A stretch of 64,000 nucleotides of DNA from Acidobacteriota bacterium (GCA_963666215.2 CAXWPL010000004.1:256001-320000); one strand, 5' to 3'. Counted from the stretch's first letter, positions 1 to 10,207 are shown. The notes: generated by a model from the sequence alone, not told the origin. Numbers and translations: made by a program.

Positions 1-1715
1 GCGGTGCGGCGGGCGGCGAGGATCCTTCACGCCCGAGATGGAACAAGTTCCACACCGCCGCCGAGGCCAACGCGTCGCTCGAGGCCTGGGGTCACGAGTA
101 TCCTGTGCTTACCAGCGTCTACTCGATCGGTGAAACCCTGGCCGGCAGTCCTCTGATGGTCATCGAGATCACCAACAAAGCAACCGGCGCCGCCGAGGAC
201 AAGCCCGCCTACTACTACGACGGCGGCATCCATGCCGGCGAGCTCACCGGCGGCGAGGTGGCGCTGCACTTCGCCTGGTACGTGCTGAGCAACTACGGAG
301 TCGACGAACAGATCACACGCCTCGTCGACACACGGGCGCTCTATGTAAGGCCCAAGTTCAACCCCGACGGGGCCGACATCGCACTGACCTCGGCGCAGAC
401 CCTGCGGAGCACGCCGCGGCCGTACGACAACGACGGCGACGGTCTGCTCGATGAGGACCCGCCCAACGACCTCGACGGCGACGCGCACATCACTCGGATG
501 CGAGTGCCGAACCCTGACGGTGCCTGGTACATCAGCCCCGACGATGCGCGGCTGATGCTGCGCCGGCCCCGGACGGGTGCCGACGGCTTCGGCGGCGGCC
601 CACCGCAGGCCTCGCCAGCGCCGCCGGCGGGCACGCAGTTCTACGACGTGCTCTCCGAGGGCGTCGACGACGACCGCGACGGCCGCACCAACGAGGACGG
701 CATCGGCGGCATCGACATGAACCGCAACTTCCCACGCAACTGGGGGCTCGAGTTCGAACAGAGCGGCGCCGGGCCCTACCCGCTGTCGGAACCAGAGACC
801 GCGGCGACCATCGCGTTTCTGAATTCACACCGCAACATCACCGGCATCTTCCACGGCCACACCTCCGGCGGCTTCGCCTTCCGGTTGCCTTCAACGACGG
901 CCTGGAGCGAGTTCCCGTCCGCCGATCAAGAGCTCATTCTCGAGCAGTCGGCGAAGTACGAGGAGACCACCGGACAACAGGCCCTGCCGAGCTACACCAA
1001 CCCCGAGGTGCATCGCCACGGCACGTTGATCTCGTGGGGCTTCTGGGACTTCGGCGTGGTCGGCTTCGTTCCCGAGTTCTGGCGCGGCATCGGCACCGAC
1101 GACGACAAGGACGGCGAGATTTCGGAGCTCGAGCGCCTGCGGTACCACGACGAGGAACTGGAGAGCTCCTACATCACCGACTGGGCGCCCTATGAACATC
1201 CGGAGCTCGGCACCGTGGAGATCGGCGGCTGGCACTCGAAGTTCGTCAGCCAGAATCCGCCACGCGAGCTCCTGCAGGGCGAGGTGGAGCTCTACGTCCC
1301 CTGGATGCTGTGGCTTGCCGAGATCGCGCCGCAGATCGAGATCTCCGACGTGACCGTAGAAACCGTGCAGCCGCGACAAGGCGACGACGACAGCCTTCGT
1401 CACGTTCGCGTTGAGGTGACCAATACCGGGTACCTGCCGACTCACCTGACACAACGAGCCCTCGACGCCGAGGTCGCGGTGCCCGTGCGCGCCATCGCCA
1501 CCCTTACCGGCGCGGAGTTCCTCGAGGGCAACGGTCGCGTCGATGTCGGCCATCTCGCGGGGACCCGCGACAACGGCGACGCACCTGGCCCGGACCTCAC
1601 GACCGGCGTGGCCGATTTCCTGGTTCGGCTCACCGCACCCACCGCAGAGATGGCGCTGACCGTGGCATCGGAGCGCGGCGGGGTTGTTCGGCAGACCCTA
1701 GCGCTGCAACGCTAA
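1..1715 (+). CDS. M14 family zinc carboxypeptidase (5'-partial)
   Basis: Frame is open from the window start (..RWNKFHT..YPVLTSVYSIG). Contains GGIHAGE zinc motif, NPDG, DMNRNFP, PLSEPET, HGH and DxDxDG Ca-binding loops. Confidence 0.92.
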   Translation, partial: GAAGGEDPSRPRWNKFHTAAEANASLEAWGHEYPVLTSVYSIGETLAGSPLMVIEITNKATGAAEDKPAYYYDGGIHAGELTGGEVALHFAWYVLSNYGVDEQITRLVDTRALYVRPKFNPDGADIALTSAQTLRSTPRPYDNDGDGLLDEDPPNDLDGDAHITRMRVPNPDGAWYISPDDARLMLRRPRTGADGFGGGPPQASPAPPAGTQFYDVLSEGVDDDRDGRTNEDGIGGIDMNRNFPRNWGLEFEQSGAGPYPLSEPETAATIAFLNSHRNITGIFHGHTSGGFAFRLPSTTAWSEFPSADQELILEQSAKYEETTGQQALPSYTNPEVHRHGTLISWGFWDFGVVGFVPEFWRGIGTDDDKDGEISELERLRYHDEELESSYITDWAPYEHPELGTVEIGGWHSKFVSQNPPRELLQGEVELYVPWMLWLAEIAPQIEISDVTVETVQPRQGDDDSLRHVRVEVTNTGYLPTHLTQRALDAEVAVPVRAIATLTGAEFLEGNGRVDVGHLAGTRDNGDAPGPDLTTGVADFLVRLTAPTAEMALTVASERGGVVRQTLALQR

Positions 1716-1881
1716 GAGCGGGTCAACGCCGCAGTGTTCGGGGCGAAGGGCGCTCTGTTCGAAGTCGATTGATCCCCCGCTAGGCGTCGTGATCGCGGAC
1801 GCGCGCACGTCGTAGAATCGACACCACTGCCGAACCTGTGCGGCGCCCACCCGAAGTTCCACCCGACCCTGGAGCACATCA

Positions 1882-2547
1882 ATGGCCAGCCTCATCCTGC
1901 ACGAGCTCACCGGCTCTCCCAACAACGTCAAGGCGCGCATCGCGCTCGGCTACAAGGGCCTCGACTACGATCGCAAGGAGTTCCAGGCCGACTCCTTCCC
2001 CGGCGATCGCTCGCCGATCGTCGACGTCTCGCGACAGCCGCGCCTGCCCGTGCTGCAGCACGGCGAGACGGTAATCTTCGACTCCGGCTCGATCTTGCGC
2101 TACCTGGAAGCGAACTTCCCCGACTCCCCTCCGATCTTCAGCTCCGACTACACGAGCTTCGGTGAGATCGAGGGCTGGGAGTTGTTCGCCCGCACGCAGC
2201 TCGGCGAGCCGCTCGGAATGATGTTCGGCCAGTTCTTCGAGCCAGCGCCCGACGCCGAGGTCATCGCGGGGGCCAACCAGATGCTCAACGAGCGTACAGG
2301 CGCCCTCGAGGAGAAGCTCAGCCAGAGCAGCTTCCTCGTAGGCGATCATCTGACCGCCGCCGACATCGTCACCGCGGCACCGCTCTACCTCGCCGACATG
2401 ACACCGGCGATGGCGAGCCACCCGCTCGCCCAGTTCTTCCAGCCCAACCTGCGCCTCGGTGACGGCCGTGAAGCAACGCGCGCCTGGCTCCGCGCCACCA
2501 TGGCCCACGATGCGATCTTGGGCCAGCGCGAGATGGCAGTGGTCTAG
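1882..2547 (+). CDS. glutathione S-transferase family protein
   Basis: SPN..KARIALGYKG, RLPVL, FDSGSILRYL, FLVGDHLTAADI; GGAG RBS. Confidence 0.92.
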   Translation: MASLILHELTGSPNNVKARIALGYKGLDYDRKEFQADSFPGDRSPIVDVSRQPRLPVLQHGETVIFDSGSILRYLEANFPDSPPIFSSDYTSFGEIEGWELFARTQLGEPLGMMFGQFFEPAPDAEVIAGANQMLNERTGALEEKLSQSSFLVGDHLTAADIVTAAPLYLADMTPAMASHPLAQFFQPNLRLGDGREATRAWLRATMAHDAILGQREMAVV

Positions 2548-2555
2548 CTCGTTCC

Positions 2556-2590
2556 GCGGAGGGCCGGTCCTCAGGGGCCGGCCCTCCCGC
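2556..2590. terminator. GC-rich hairpin between convergent genes
   Basis: GGAGGGCCGGTCC-TCAG-GGGCCGGCCCTCC; no U-tract. Confidence 0.5.
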
Positions 2591-2606
2591 TCCGTAGTGC
2601 CGGCAA

Positions 2607-3131
2607 TCAGTCGTCCGCGTTCAGCAGCGCGTCGATTGCCAGCACTGCCGCGGCCACCCGCTCCTCCACCTCCCCACGAGCCTCGACGAACGGAAGTCCT
2701 CGCTCTGTCAGAGCGCTCCGGAAGAGCTCCTGCATCTCCTCGCGGCGATCGCCGCGGTCGCGCTGATCGCCGTCGGCGGCCCACGGAATGTCGATTGCGG
2801 CCAACACGTACAGGTTGGCGGCACGTTGCGACAGCGCCTCGTCAATCCAGCCCGGGCAGTCGCCGTAGTAGTGACGGCTGTAGATCACGGTGCTGAGCAG
2901 GTCTGTGTCCTGCACGATCACGCGCGACGCCTCGGCCAGCAGCCGATCCTCGGACTCGATCTGGCCACGAGCGATCGCATCAACGTCACCGTACTCAGGA
3001 GCGGCGCCCTTTTCAGCCACGAACTGGCGCGCGTATTCCGGCGCGCACACGGTTGCGTAGTGCTCGGCCAGCGCCCGCGAGAGCGTGGTCTTGCCGGTGC
3101 ACTCGGAGCCTGTGACCACGACTCGAATCAT
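2607..3131 (-). CDS. NadR-type (AAA_28) P-loop kinase/ATPase
   Basis: MIRVVVTGSECTGKTT Walker A, PEYAR, IARGQ, QDTD, DIPWAADGDQR. ATGA overlap with the pnuC stop codon. Confidence 0.88.
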   Translation of the reverse strand: MIRVVVTGSECTGKTTLSRALAEHYATVCAPEYARQFVAEKGAAPEYGDVDAIARGQIESEDRLLAEASRVIVQDTDLLSTVIYSRHYYGDCPGWIDEALSQRAANLYVLAAIDIPWAADGDQRDRGDRREEMQELFRSALTERGLPFVEARGEVEERVAAAVLAIDALLNADD

Positions 3132-3721
3132 GATCGTGCCGCCGCGAGGCCTGAACCGTTCTCGCTGGTGTTCATCGAGCGGCGCCACTGGATGAACCCG
3201 CTAACGGCGAGGACGATGAACACAGCGTACAGTCCGGCCGTCGGGTACAGCTCCTTGTAGAGGAACATGCCAACGTAGAAGACGTTGAGCACGATCCAGA
3301 TGGCCCAGGCGTCGAGCTGTTTGCGGGTTTGCATCCACTGCGCGACTACGCTGAACGCGGTGAGAGTGGAATCCAGAAAAGGCAGCGAGGCGTCGGTGGT
3401 GCGGCTCAGCGTTTGCCCGAGGGTGATGCTGGCCAGTGCGCCACCGCCGGCGAGCAGGAGCCAGGCGCCTCTCGTGGTCCGAGAGACCGGGAGCTCCCCG
3501 CCTCCCTCGCCACCGTGACTCCACGCCCACCAGCCGTACGCCGACATCGCGAAGTACAGGCCTTGCAGGCCCATGTCGGCGTAAAGCTTGGCCTCGTAAA
3601 ACACGAGGCCGTACAGCGCCACGCCAACCATCGCCAGAGGCCAGCACGCGATCACCTGGCGAGTCGTCAGGTAGACCGCTGCCAAGGTGATCACGACGGC
3701 AGCGATTTCGAGCGGGCTCAT
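3128..3721 (-). CDS. pnuC: Pnu-family vitamin transporter (PnuC-like, probably thiamine-specific PnuT)
   Basis: Hydrophobic; LYADMGLQ, YGWWAW, PFLDS, WAIWIVLN (WxxW..N) motifs. Confidence 0.92.
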   Translation of the reverse strand: MSPLEIAAVVITLAAVYLTTRQVIACWPLAMVGVALYGLVFYEAKLYADMGLQGLYFAMSAYGWWAWSHGGEGGGELPVSRTTRGAWLLLAGGGALASITLGQTLSRTTDASLPFLDSTLTAFSVVAQWMQTRKQLDAWAIWIVLNVFYVGMFLYKELYPTAGLYAVFIVLAVSGFIQWRRSMNTSENGSGLAAARS

Positions 3722-3805
3722 GTGTCTAACGCGCCTCGCCGGGCAGTGTCCCGCGCCGCGCTATCGCCGCCCCACACCGGGCAGACTGGTCGGATCGCGA
3801 AAACC

Positions 3806-6223
3806 TCAAAAATCGAACTGTAGCGACACCACCACGTTGCGTGTGGCGAGCGGGTAGTAGAACGGAATGCCGTCGAGCGCATCGCCGCCGGTTCCCCGGG
3901 TAACGAACTGGTAGCTGTAACCGCTGCCGAACTGGTTGTCGCTGTTGACAAGGTTGTTGACGAAGAGAACCAGCCGCGGACGATGCAGCGCAGCCCACCG
4001 CTCGAGCCCGAACGACGCTCGCAGGTCGAGGTTGGTGTACGACGGCAGGCGCAGACTGGCGACGTTGGTGTTGTCGAGCTGCGACTCCGCCACGTGGCGT
4101 CCGACGAGCATCAGGCTGGTCTCGCCACGCGTCCACTCGATACCCAAATTGGCAATCAGGCCGGGCGTCAGCAGCGGCTCGACGTCGACATAGACCGTCG
4201 GCTCGCTACCAACGAACGCGCCGTCCGCATCATAAACGTCGATGAACTGCGTCCACTCGCGAATACGATTGCTGCTGATGTTGAGGCTGTGGAAGGCCGA
4301 CCAGTTCGGTGCCGGCCGCCAGCGCAGGTCGAGCTCGATGCCACGGCGGTAGGAGGTGTCGACATTGCGGCGCAAAGGTAGTCCGATGTCCGAGAGTTCG
4401 CCGGTGAGCGCGATCTCGTCGCGAAACTCCATCGCGTAGACGTTTGCCTGCACCGACCAGCGCCGCGTGTTGACGTTGACGCCCGCCTCGAAGTCCACCA
4501 CCGACTCGACGCGCACCGCCTCGAGATCGTGCCGCACCGTCGCGTTGTCTTCCCCCGACAGCATGTCCAGCCGCCCCGGCTCGCGCTGCGCCCGACCCAC
4601 CGAGGCGTACGCGCTCACACTCGGCGCGAGGTGCACGCGAGCGCCGACCTTGGGGTCGAGGAACGTCCAGCTGACCGACCCGAGATCAATGTCACCCTCG
4701 TAGGAGAAGTCGGCGTAGCGCAGCTGCAGGTCGCCATACAGGAGCCAGTTGTCGCTCAGCCGATACTCGATCTTTCCGAACACATTGGCCGTTTGCTTGA
4801 AGCCGGTGTTCACGTACAGCCGGGTGCTGGCGTCGTCGCCGATCTGCAGGTCGTGGTCGCCGCTGAAGTCGTTGTAGTGCGCACCCACCGAAGCCGAGAA
4901 TCGCTCGCTGTTCTTGCTGAGCGTGATCGTGGAGCCGTAGAACTGCTGATCGATGCCGAACTGCAGCAAGTTGCTCTGCGCCGCCGGGTCGTCCCAAATG
5001 CGGAACCAGCCCTGTGCGCCGTTGTAGTAGGCCGACGCCGTCAGGAGGCCATCGTCGCCAAGCACGCGTGTGTACTTGAGCTGTGCGAAATCCTGGCCGA
5101 AATCGTCGCGCTCCGCGCTATCGAGCGCGTTGAAGCGACGGTTCTGGCTCAGGGTGTCCGGATCAACGGCAAGAAACGAAAGCTGCGACCGTTCTTTCCC
5201 AAAGAACGCGAACAACTTCAGCGAGTCGCGCTCGCCGCGCCAACCAGCGTTCGCGAACACCGTCCGGTGCTCGCTGCCGGAACGGTCGCGGTAGCCGTCG
5301 GTGTTGGCGTAAGAAAAGCGCCCGCCCAGGTGGAAGCCGCTTCCGAGCACCCCCGATTCGTAGCCAAGCGATACCCGCTGGGTGTCGTACGCACCGACGG
5401 TCACACGAGCGTCTCCGCCGCTTCGAGTCGCGGCCGCGGGGCTGGCGAAGTTGATCGAGCCGCCGTACGACGGCGACCCTACCGACGACGTGCCGACCCC
5501 GCGCTGGATCTGGATGCTGTCGACCGCGCTCGTGAAGTCGCTGAAGTTGTTGAAGAAGAGCGCGTGGTCGGCAGGGTCGTTCAACGGTGCCCCATCGAGC
5601 GTGATGTTGATGCGGCTCTGCTGAATTCCGCGCAGGCTCAGGTAGGAGTAGTTGGAGCCAGCGCCGGAGTCCGAGTACCAGGTGATCGAGGGCGTGTGCT
5701 GCAACAGCGCCGGGGTGTCCTGCCCGTGACTGAACATCTCGATTTCCTGATGAGTCATGTTCCGCTTGGTGACCGGAACGTCGTCACCGGCACGGATCCC
5801 GACGACCGCCACCGACTCCTCGACCGTGGTGATCCACTCGAGACGCAGCTCGAGCTCGACTCCATCCACCGAGATCCTCGCAGAGGCTCGAACACCCTTG
5901 AACTCCGGATGGATTACCTCGAGATCGAGCACGCCAGGCGGAAGATGGAGAGCGAAGCGACCGTCCTCGTCGGTGGTCGCCCATGCTCCGTCGACTGGCA
6001 GCGCCGATTGGACCGTAGCTCCTGCCACTGGCTCACCCGTGGGGTCGACGACGACGCCGCGTACTTCGACCGTTGCCTGGGCCGCGTGCACAGGTAGCGC
6101 GAAGACAACTTGGAACAAGAGTCCGGTCCACATCGCGGCCACCGCCAGCAACGCGCCCGATCTCGAGGCGCAGAGGCATCGACGAGGCATCTGCGAGTGG
6201 GTTCGATGACGTGAGTGGACCAT
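3806..6223 (-). CDS. TonB-dependent receptor, putative thiamine transporter
   Basis: Carboxypeptidase-regulatory-like N-domain, plug (LRG..RINITLDGAPLND, IQIQRG), C-terminal Phe. GGAGAAGGA RBS before ATG at 6223. Lies downstream of a TPP riboswitch. Confidence 0.92.
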   Translation of the reverse strand: MVHSRHRTHSQMPRRCLCASRSGALLAVAAMWTGLLFQVVFALPVHAAQATVEVRGVVVDPTGEPVAGATVQSALPVDGAWATTDEDGRFALHLPPGVLDLEVIHPEFKGVRASARISVDGVELELRLEWITTVEESVAVVGIRAGDDVPVTKRNMTHQEIEMFSHGQDTPALLQHTPSITWYSDSGAGSNYSYLSLRGIQQSRINITLDGAPLNDPADHALFFNNFSDFTSAVDSIQIQRGVGTSSVGSPSYGGSINFASPAAATRSGGDARVTVGAYDTQRVSLGYESGVLGSGFHLGGRFSYANTDGYRDRSGSEHRTVFANAGWRGERDSLKLFAFFGKERSQLSFLAVDPDTLSQNRRFNALDSAERDDFGQDFAQLKYTRVLGDDGLLTASAYYNGAQGWFRIWDDPAAQSNLLQFGIDQQFYGSTITLSKNSERFSASVGAHYNDFSGDHDLQIGDDASTRLYVNTGFKQTANVFGKIEYRLSDNWLLYGDLQLRYADFSYEGDIDLGSVSWTFLDPKVGARVHLAPSVSAYASVGRAQREPGRLDMLSGEDNATVRHDLEAVRVESVVDFEAGVNVNTRRWSVQANVYAMEFRDEIALTGELSDIGLPLRRNVDTSYRRGIELDLRWRPAPNWSAFHSLNISSNRIREWTQFIDVYDADGAFVGSEPTVYVDVEPLLTPGLIANLGIEWTRGETSLMLVGRHVAESQLDNTNVASLRLPSYTNLDLRASFGLERWAALHRPRLVLFVNNLVNSDNQFGSGYSYQFVTRGTGGDALDGIPFYYPLATRNVVVSLQFDF

Positions 6224-6304
6224 GGTCCTTCTCCGTGTACGCAGCGCGCGACAGGCACGCTGACTTGCCGACCGATCGAGTACCGCCACGCTACGCGCGG
6301 CCGC

Positions 6305-6376
6305 CGCTCCCTACGCCGGTGCTAACCGGATCAGGTTCGAGGGTCTGATCTCAGGCCGAATGACCACCCCTAGGCT
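6305..6376 (-). ncRNA. TPP (thi-box) riboswitch
   Basis: Minus strand reads CCTAGGGGT-GGTCATTCGGCC-TGAGA-TCAGACCC-TCGAACCTGAT-CCGGTTAGCACCGG-CGTAGGGAGC, matching the conserved GGG..CUGAGA..ACCC..GAACCUGAU..GCGUAGGGA core. Confidence 0.93.
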
Positions 6377-6498
6377 TTCGTATGCACGATTATGACGCCG
6401 TTCCATGCGCCAAGTCAAATCACGGTGGCGCTAGATCTCCCGGGCCGGAGAACCGCCTCGATCGCGGCTAGACTGAAACACGCTCCGACCCGCTACAC

Positions 6499-7447
6499 GA
6501 TGAGCCTCGTGGTCGGCAAGTCGGTGGGGCACATGATTCGCACGCTGAAGCGCAGATGGGTGAGGGCGTCGTGGCAACGTCGCATCGCGCGTGGACGCGT
6601 GAATCTGGATCTGAACCGCGCCGTCCCCGCCGCCGCGACCGACGAGGCGCTGGGGCGGGCGCTTGGCGCGGCAGTCGAGACCCTTGACATTCCGCGAAGC
6701 GCATACGACGCCGCGGCGAGGCATCCCGAACTGCGTGATCGGCATCGAGACGGTCATGTGCATCGCCAGATTCTCGAGTACACGACGTCGCTCTATCTGC
6801 TGGCGCCAGCGAGCAACCACGTGGTGCTCGACCTCGCGGGTGGTGACACCACCTGGCTGACGCTCGTGAGCGACACCGTGACGCCGGCGCGGCTGATCCT
6901 GCAGGACCCCCTCGTGACCAAGGCGGTGGCCGAGGCCAGTGCCGACCTCATCGAACGGATCGGTGGTTCGGCGGCGTCACTCCCGTTGCCCGACGCGTCG
7001 GTCGACCGCATTGCCTGCCATCACTCGATCGAGCACTTCCGAGGTGACGACGATATCGGCGCGGCCCGCGAGATCGCGCGCGTGCTCGCTCCTGGGGGCC
7101 GTGCGGTCGTACTGCCTGTGTTCGTGACGCCGCGTTCGATGGAGCTGTGGAACCGCAAGCCCGAGCTCCCGCTCCAAGAGCCGTCGGCCGACCTGATGAT
7201 CGACCGTACCTCCACCCTCCCAGGGTGGGGGCCGTTCGAGGGCTTCGCGCGCTCCTACGACCCGGAAGCGCTCGCGCGCCGACTTCTGCAGCCTCTGCGC
7301 GACAGCGGATGCCGCGTGCACGTCGCGAACGCGACGCTGGAGGGCGCCGTCGTGCCGGATCTGGCGTTCAATCGCGAGCTGCCGGCGCTCGCCCGCCCCA
7401 TGCGTTTGCTCGTCGTGGAAGGCGAGGATCGCAGCCACCTAGGCTAG
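6499..7447 (+). CDS. class I SAM-dependent methyltransferase
   Basis: VVLDLAGG motif I, LPLPDASVD, SIEHF, EIARVLAPGG. Start uncertain. Confidence 0.8.
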
Positions 7448-8389
7448 GTCCTGTGCGCGAATGCCGAGTCGATCGGCGTACCTTCCCTCACGCGCCCAGT
7501 CGTCGGGAAGCTCCTCTTTCCACATCTCACCCAGGTACGACTGCCCAAAAGGCCCGAAGTGGGCGCCGAGGCACGGATAAGGTGCGAGCTCGCCGAAGAC
7601 CGGTCCTCGTTTCGGCATGTAGAAATCCAGTCGAACGGCGATCTCGTAAAGCCGGCCGATCTTGGCTGCGCATCGCAACAGCTCGTCGAGGCGCGCGGGG
7701 GCGTCGCAGCGGGCATCTCGACCGTGCTTTCCGAAGAGATTGTGCTCGAATGCTTCCCATTCCGGCGAGTAGAACCGATTCACGGTACGCGCCGTCCCGA
7801 CCCGGCGACGAAGAACCCGAATCGCGGCAATGCGACTCCCGAACATGAAACAGTTGTACTCGGTCGGCAAGGGCCCGTCGTCCCGATGGTCCTGGATGAG
7901 CTCCTCGACCAGGAGAGGATTCCCCAAATGGGACCACCGTTCCGCAGCCAGCCGCCTGCCAAGATCGCGAGGCGTGAGGTCGATCTGCCGGAAGGCTTCA
8001 CGTCCGTCCACCATCACGTATACGCCGTGGCAGTCGCCGCCGAAGCAGGGCTTCAAAACGAAGCGTCGCGGCAGGGATTCGAAAGGAATCCTGCTCACAT
8101 GGCGTCCCGAGGCGAGAAGTTTCGGAACCCCGACACCAGCGCGCTCGGCGAAGATACGCGAATTCAACTTCTTCGCCAGAATGCGCTGCCAATCGTCGCA
8201 ACAACGCCAGGAGTCGTCCGGGTCTGTCACGTGGCGCGGCGGCGTCAGCTCTTTGAATCTGTGTGCCCGCCATCGCAGCTTCTGGATTGGGTTGGCAAGC
8301 TGCGGGTGCCACCAACGCCGGTAGCGAGCCCGAAAACGACGGCCAACCTCTCCGAGCGGCAATCGTCCATGACGAAACGACTCACTCAC
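7439..8389 (-). CDS. TupA-like ATP-grasp amidoligase
   Basis: GVPKL, LPRRFVLKP, LLVEELI, EYNCFMF, VRLDFY, PVFGELAPYP. GTG start immediately after the pxpC stop. Confidence 0.8.
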   Translation of the reverse strand: MSESFRHGRLPLGEVGRRFRARYRRWWHPQLANPIQKLRWRAHRFKELTPPRHVTDPDDSWRCCDDWQRILAKKLNSRIFAERAGVGVPKLLASGRHVSRIPFESLPRRFVLKPCFGGDCHGVYVMVDGREAFRQIDLTPRDLGRRLAAERWSHLGNPLLVEELIQDHRDDGPLPTEYNCFMFGSRIAAIRVLRRRVGTARTVNRFYSPEWEAFEHNLFGKHGRDARCDAPARLDELLRCAAKIGRLYEIAVRLDFYMPKRGPVFGELAPYPCLGAHFGPFGQSYLGEMWKEELPDDWAREGRYADRLGIRAQDLA

Positions 8390-8390
8390 T

Positions 8391-9410
8391 TCACGACTCC
8401 ACCCCGCTGACGACACCGCTGATCAGGTTGCCGCCTCGCAGAGCAGTCTCGTCGATGCTCGGACTGGCCGCAACAACGTTGGCGGCGCGCCGGCAAAGAT
8501 CGTCCTCCAAACGGCGCGCGGCGGCCTCGGCGGCGGCCACGGAGACGGCCTCGAAGCGCAACCGGTCTCTGGGCCTCAGCCGTCCGACGGCCGGCAGATC
8601 GGCCGACATCACCGTGGCGATCTTGGGATAACCACCGGTGGTTTGGTGATCGGCGAGCAGCAGGATCGGTTGGCCCGATCCGGGCACCTGAATCGCCCCG
8701 GTGACGATGCCGTCCGAGACGATGTCGTGACCCTCGCGGTGCTCGAGATCGGGGCCCGCGAGACGCATCCCCATGCGATCGGCATCGGCGGAAACCTGGA
8801 AGGGCTCGCTGAGGAACTTCTCGATCGCGATCGTCGTGAAGAGCTGGTGCTGCGGCCCGAGGACGACGCGAAGCCGCTCACACGGAGTCAGATCGGGCGG
8901 CTCGGCGAGCCGCACCTCGGGGCGCTCGTCGGCGGCGTCGCGGACGAGCGGCAAAAGGTCGCCCGACCGCAGAGCCCGTCCCTCGAAGCCACCTAGCGCG
9001 CTGCGGCTCGTCGTCGACCAGCTGCCGAGCACGGGATCGAGAGCCAGACCGCCGCCAACCGCGAGGTAGCCGCACCACGCGACCGTGGCGCCAACACGAA
9101 GTTGCTCGCCGCGCTCCAGGCGCACGCTGTGCCAGGCCGGCACGACGCGGGAACGAGCCCCCAGCACCTCGATCTCGGCGCTGGCCGCCACCCTCACCGA
9201 ATCGGCGGCAACGGCGAGGGTGAGTCCGCCGTAGAAGAGCTCGAGCGCCGCTGTCGTGCCGTCGTTGCCGACGACGGCGTTGACCAGCCGCAGCGAGACT
9301 GCGTCGAGCGCACCCGACACTGGCACACCGAGCGCTTGATAGCCGAAGCGCCCGAAGTCTTGCACCGTCGTGTGCAGGGCCGGTTGGACGATCTCCAGGG
9401 CCGCGGTCAC
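8391..9410 (-). CDS. pxpC: 5-oxoprolinase subunit C
   Basis: TTVQDFGRFG, SGALD, DRMGMRL, GAIQVP, DHQTTGGYPKI. Confidence 0.93.
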   Translation of the reverse strand: MTAALEIVQPALHTTVQDFGRFGYQALGVPVSGALDAVSLRLVNAVVGNDGTTAALELFYGGLTLAVAADSVRVAASAEIEVLGARSRVVPAWHSVRLERGEQLRVGATVAWCGYLAVGGGLALDPVLGSWSTTSRSALGGFEGRALRSGDLLPLVRDAADERPEVRLAEPPDLTPCERLRVVLGPQHQLFTTIAIEKFLSEPFQVSADADRMGMRLAGPDLEHREGHDIVSDGIVTGAIQVPGSGQPILLLADHQTTGGYPKIATVMSADLPAVGRLRPRDRLRFEAVSVAAAEAAARRLEDDLCRRAANVVAASPSIDETALRGGNLISGVVSGVES

Positions 9411-10156
9411 GGAACCGGCTCCGAGGTCGGCACGAGCTCGCCCTTGGCAGCTGCCACGGCCAGGCGGTCGAACTCGGCCCGCGAGACCGAGTCGAACGCC
9501 ACCTGGTCGCCAGGTCGCAGCACCGCCGGCGGCTCCCGAGTGGGATCGAAAAGAGAGAGCGGCGGCGTGCGGCCGATCAGATGCCAGCCCCCCGGGTTCT
9601 CGGCGGTGTAGATCGCGGTCAGGCTGGTGGCTATCGCAACCGAGCCCGCCGGAACCCGGACACGCGGCGTCGAGCGTCGAGGCAGCTGGAGCTCCTCGGG
9701 AACGTCTCCCATATAGGGAAAGCCGGGCAGGAAGCCGAGCATGTACACGTGGTAGCGTCCCGCGGCATGGCGACCAACGACTTCAGCGGGCGACAGATCG
9801 GCCTGGAGCGCGACCTCTTCGAGATCGGGTGCCAGCTCACCCTCGTAGCAAACAGGCAGCCGCCAGAGACGCGTGGGCTCGGCGTTCTCGCCAGGGGCGT
9901 CGACGAGAGCTTCGATCTCCGCGGCGAGCCGCTCCGACGACGTTACGCGAGGGTCGTAGTGGACCAACAGCGAGCGGAATGTCGGCACCGTCTCCACCAC
10001 GCCGGCCATCGCACCGGCAACCGCGGCCTTGGCGATACGCTCGCCGAGACGCACGACCTCGGTGCTCAGCCCGCGATCGATGCGGTTGCCGAGCTCGACG
10101 GTCAGCGCGGTGTCACCGGAAGGCAGGAAGCGTGGCAATAGGGTCAATTCACTCAA
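9407..10156 (-). CDS. pxpB: 5-oxoprolinase subunit B
   Basis: GDTALTVELG, VPTFRSLLVHYDP, LGFLPGFPY, PGGWHLIGRT. Start trimmed because the longer ORF overlaps pxpA. Confidence 0.92.
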   Translation of the reverse strand: MSELTLLPRFLPSGDTALTVELGNRIDRGLSTEVVRLGERIAKAAVAGAMAGVVETVPTFRSLLVHYDPRVTSSERLAAEIEALVDAPGENAEPTRLWRLPVCYEGELAPDLEEVALQADLSPAEVVGRHAAGRYHVYMLGFLPGFPYMGDVPEELQLPRRSTPRVRVPAGSVAIATSLTAIYTAENPGGWHLIGRTPPLSLFDPTREPPAVLRPGDQVAFDSVSRAEFDRLAVAAAKGELVPTSEPVP

Positions 10157-10207
10157 TTCCCGAAGTCGCGAGAGTCGCGCCGCAGCAATCGGAGGAGCTT
10201 GGGCGTC

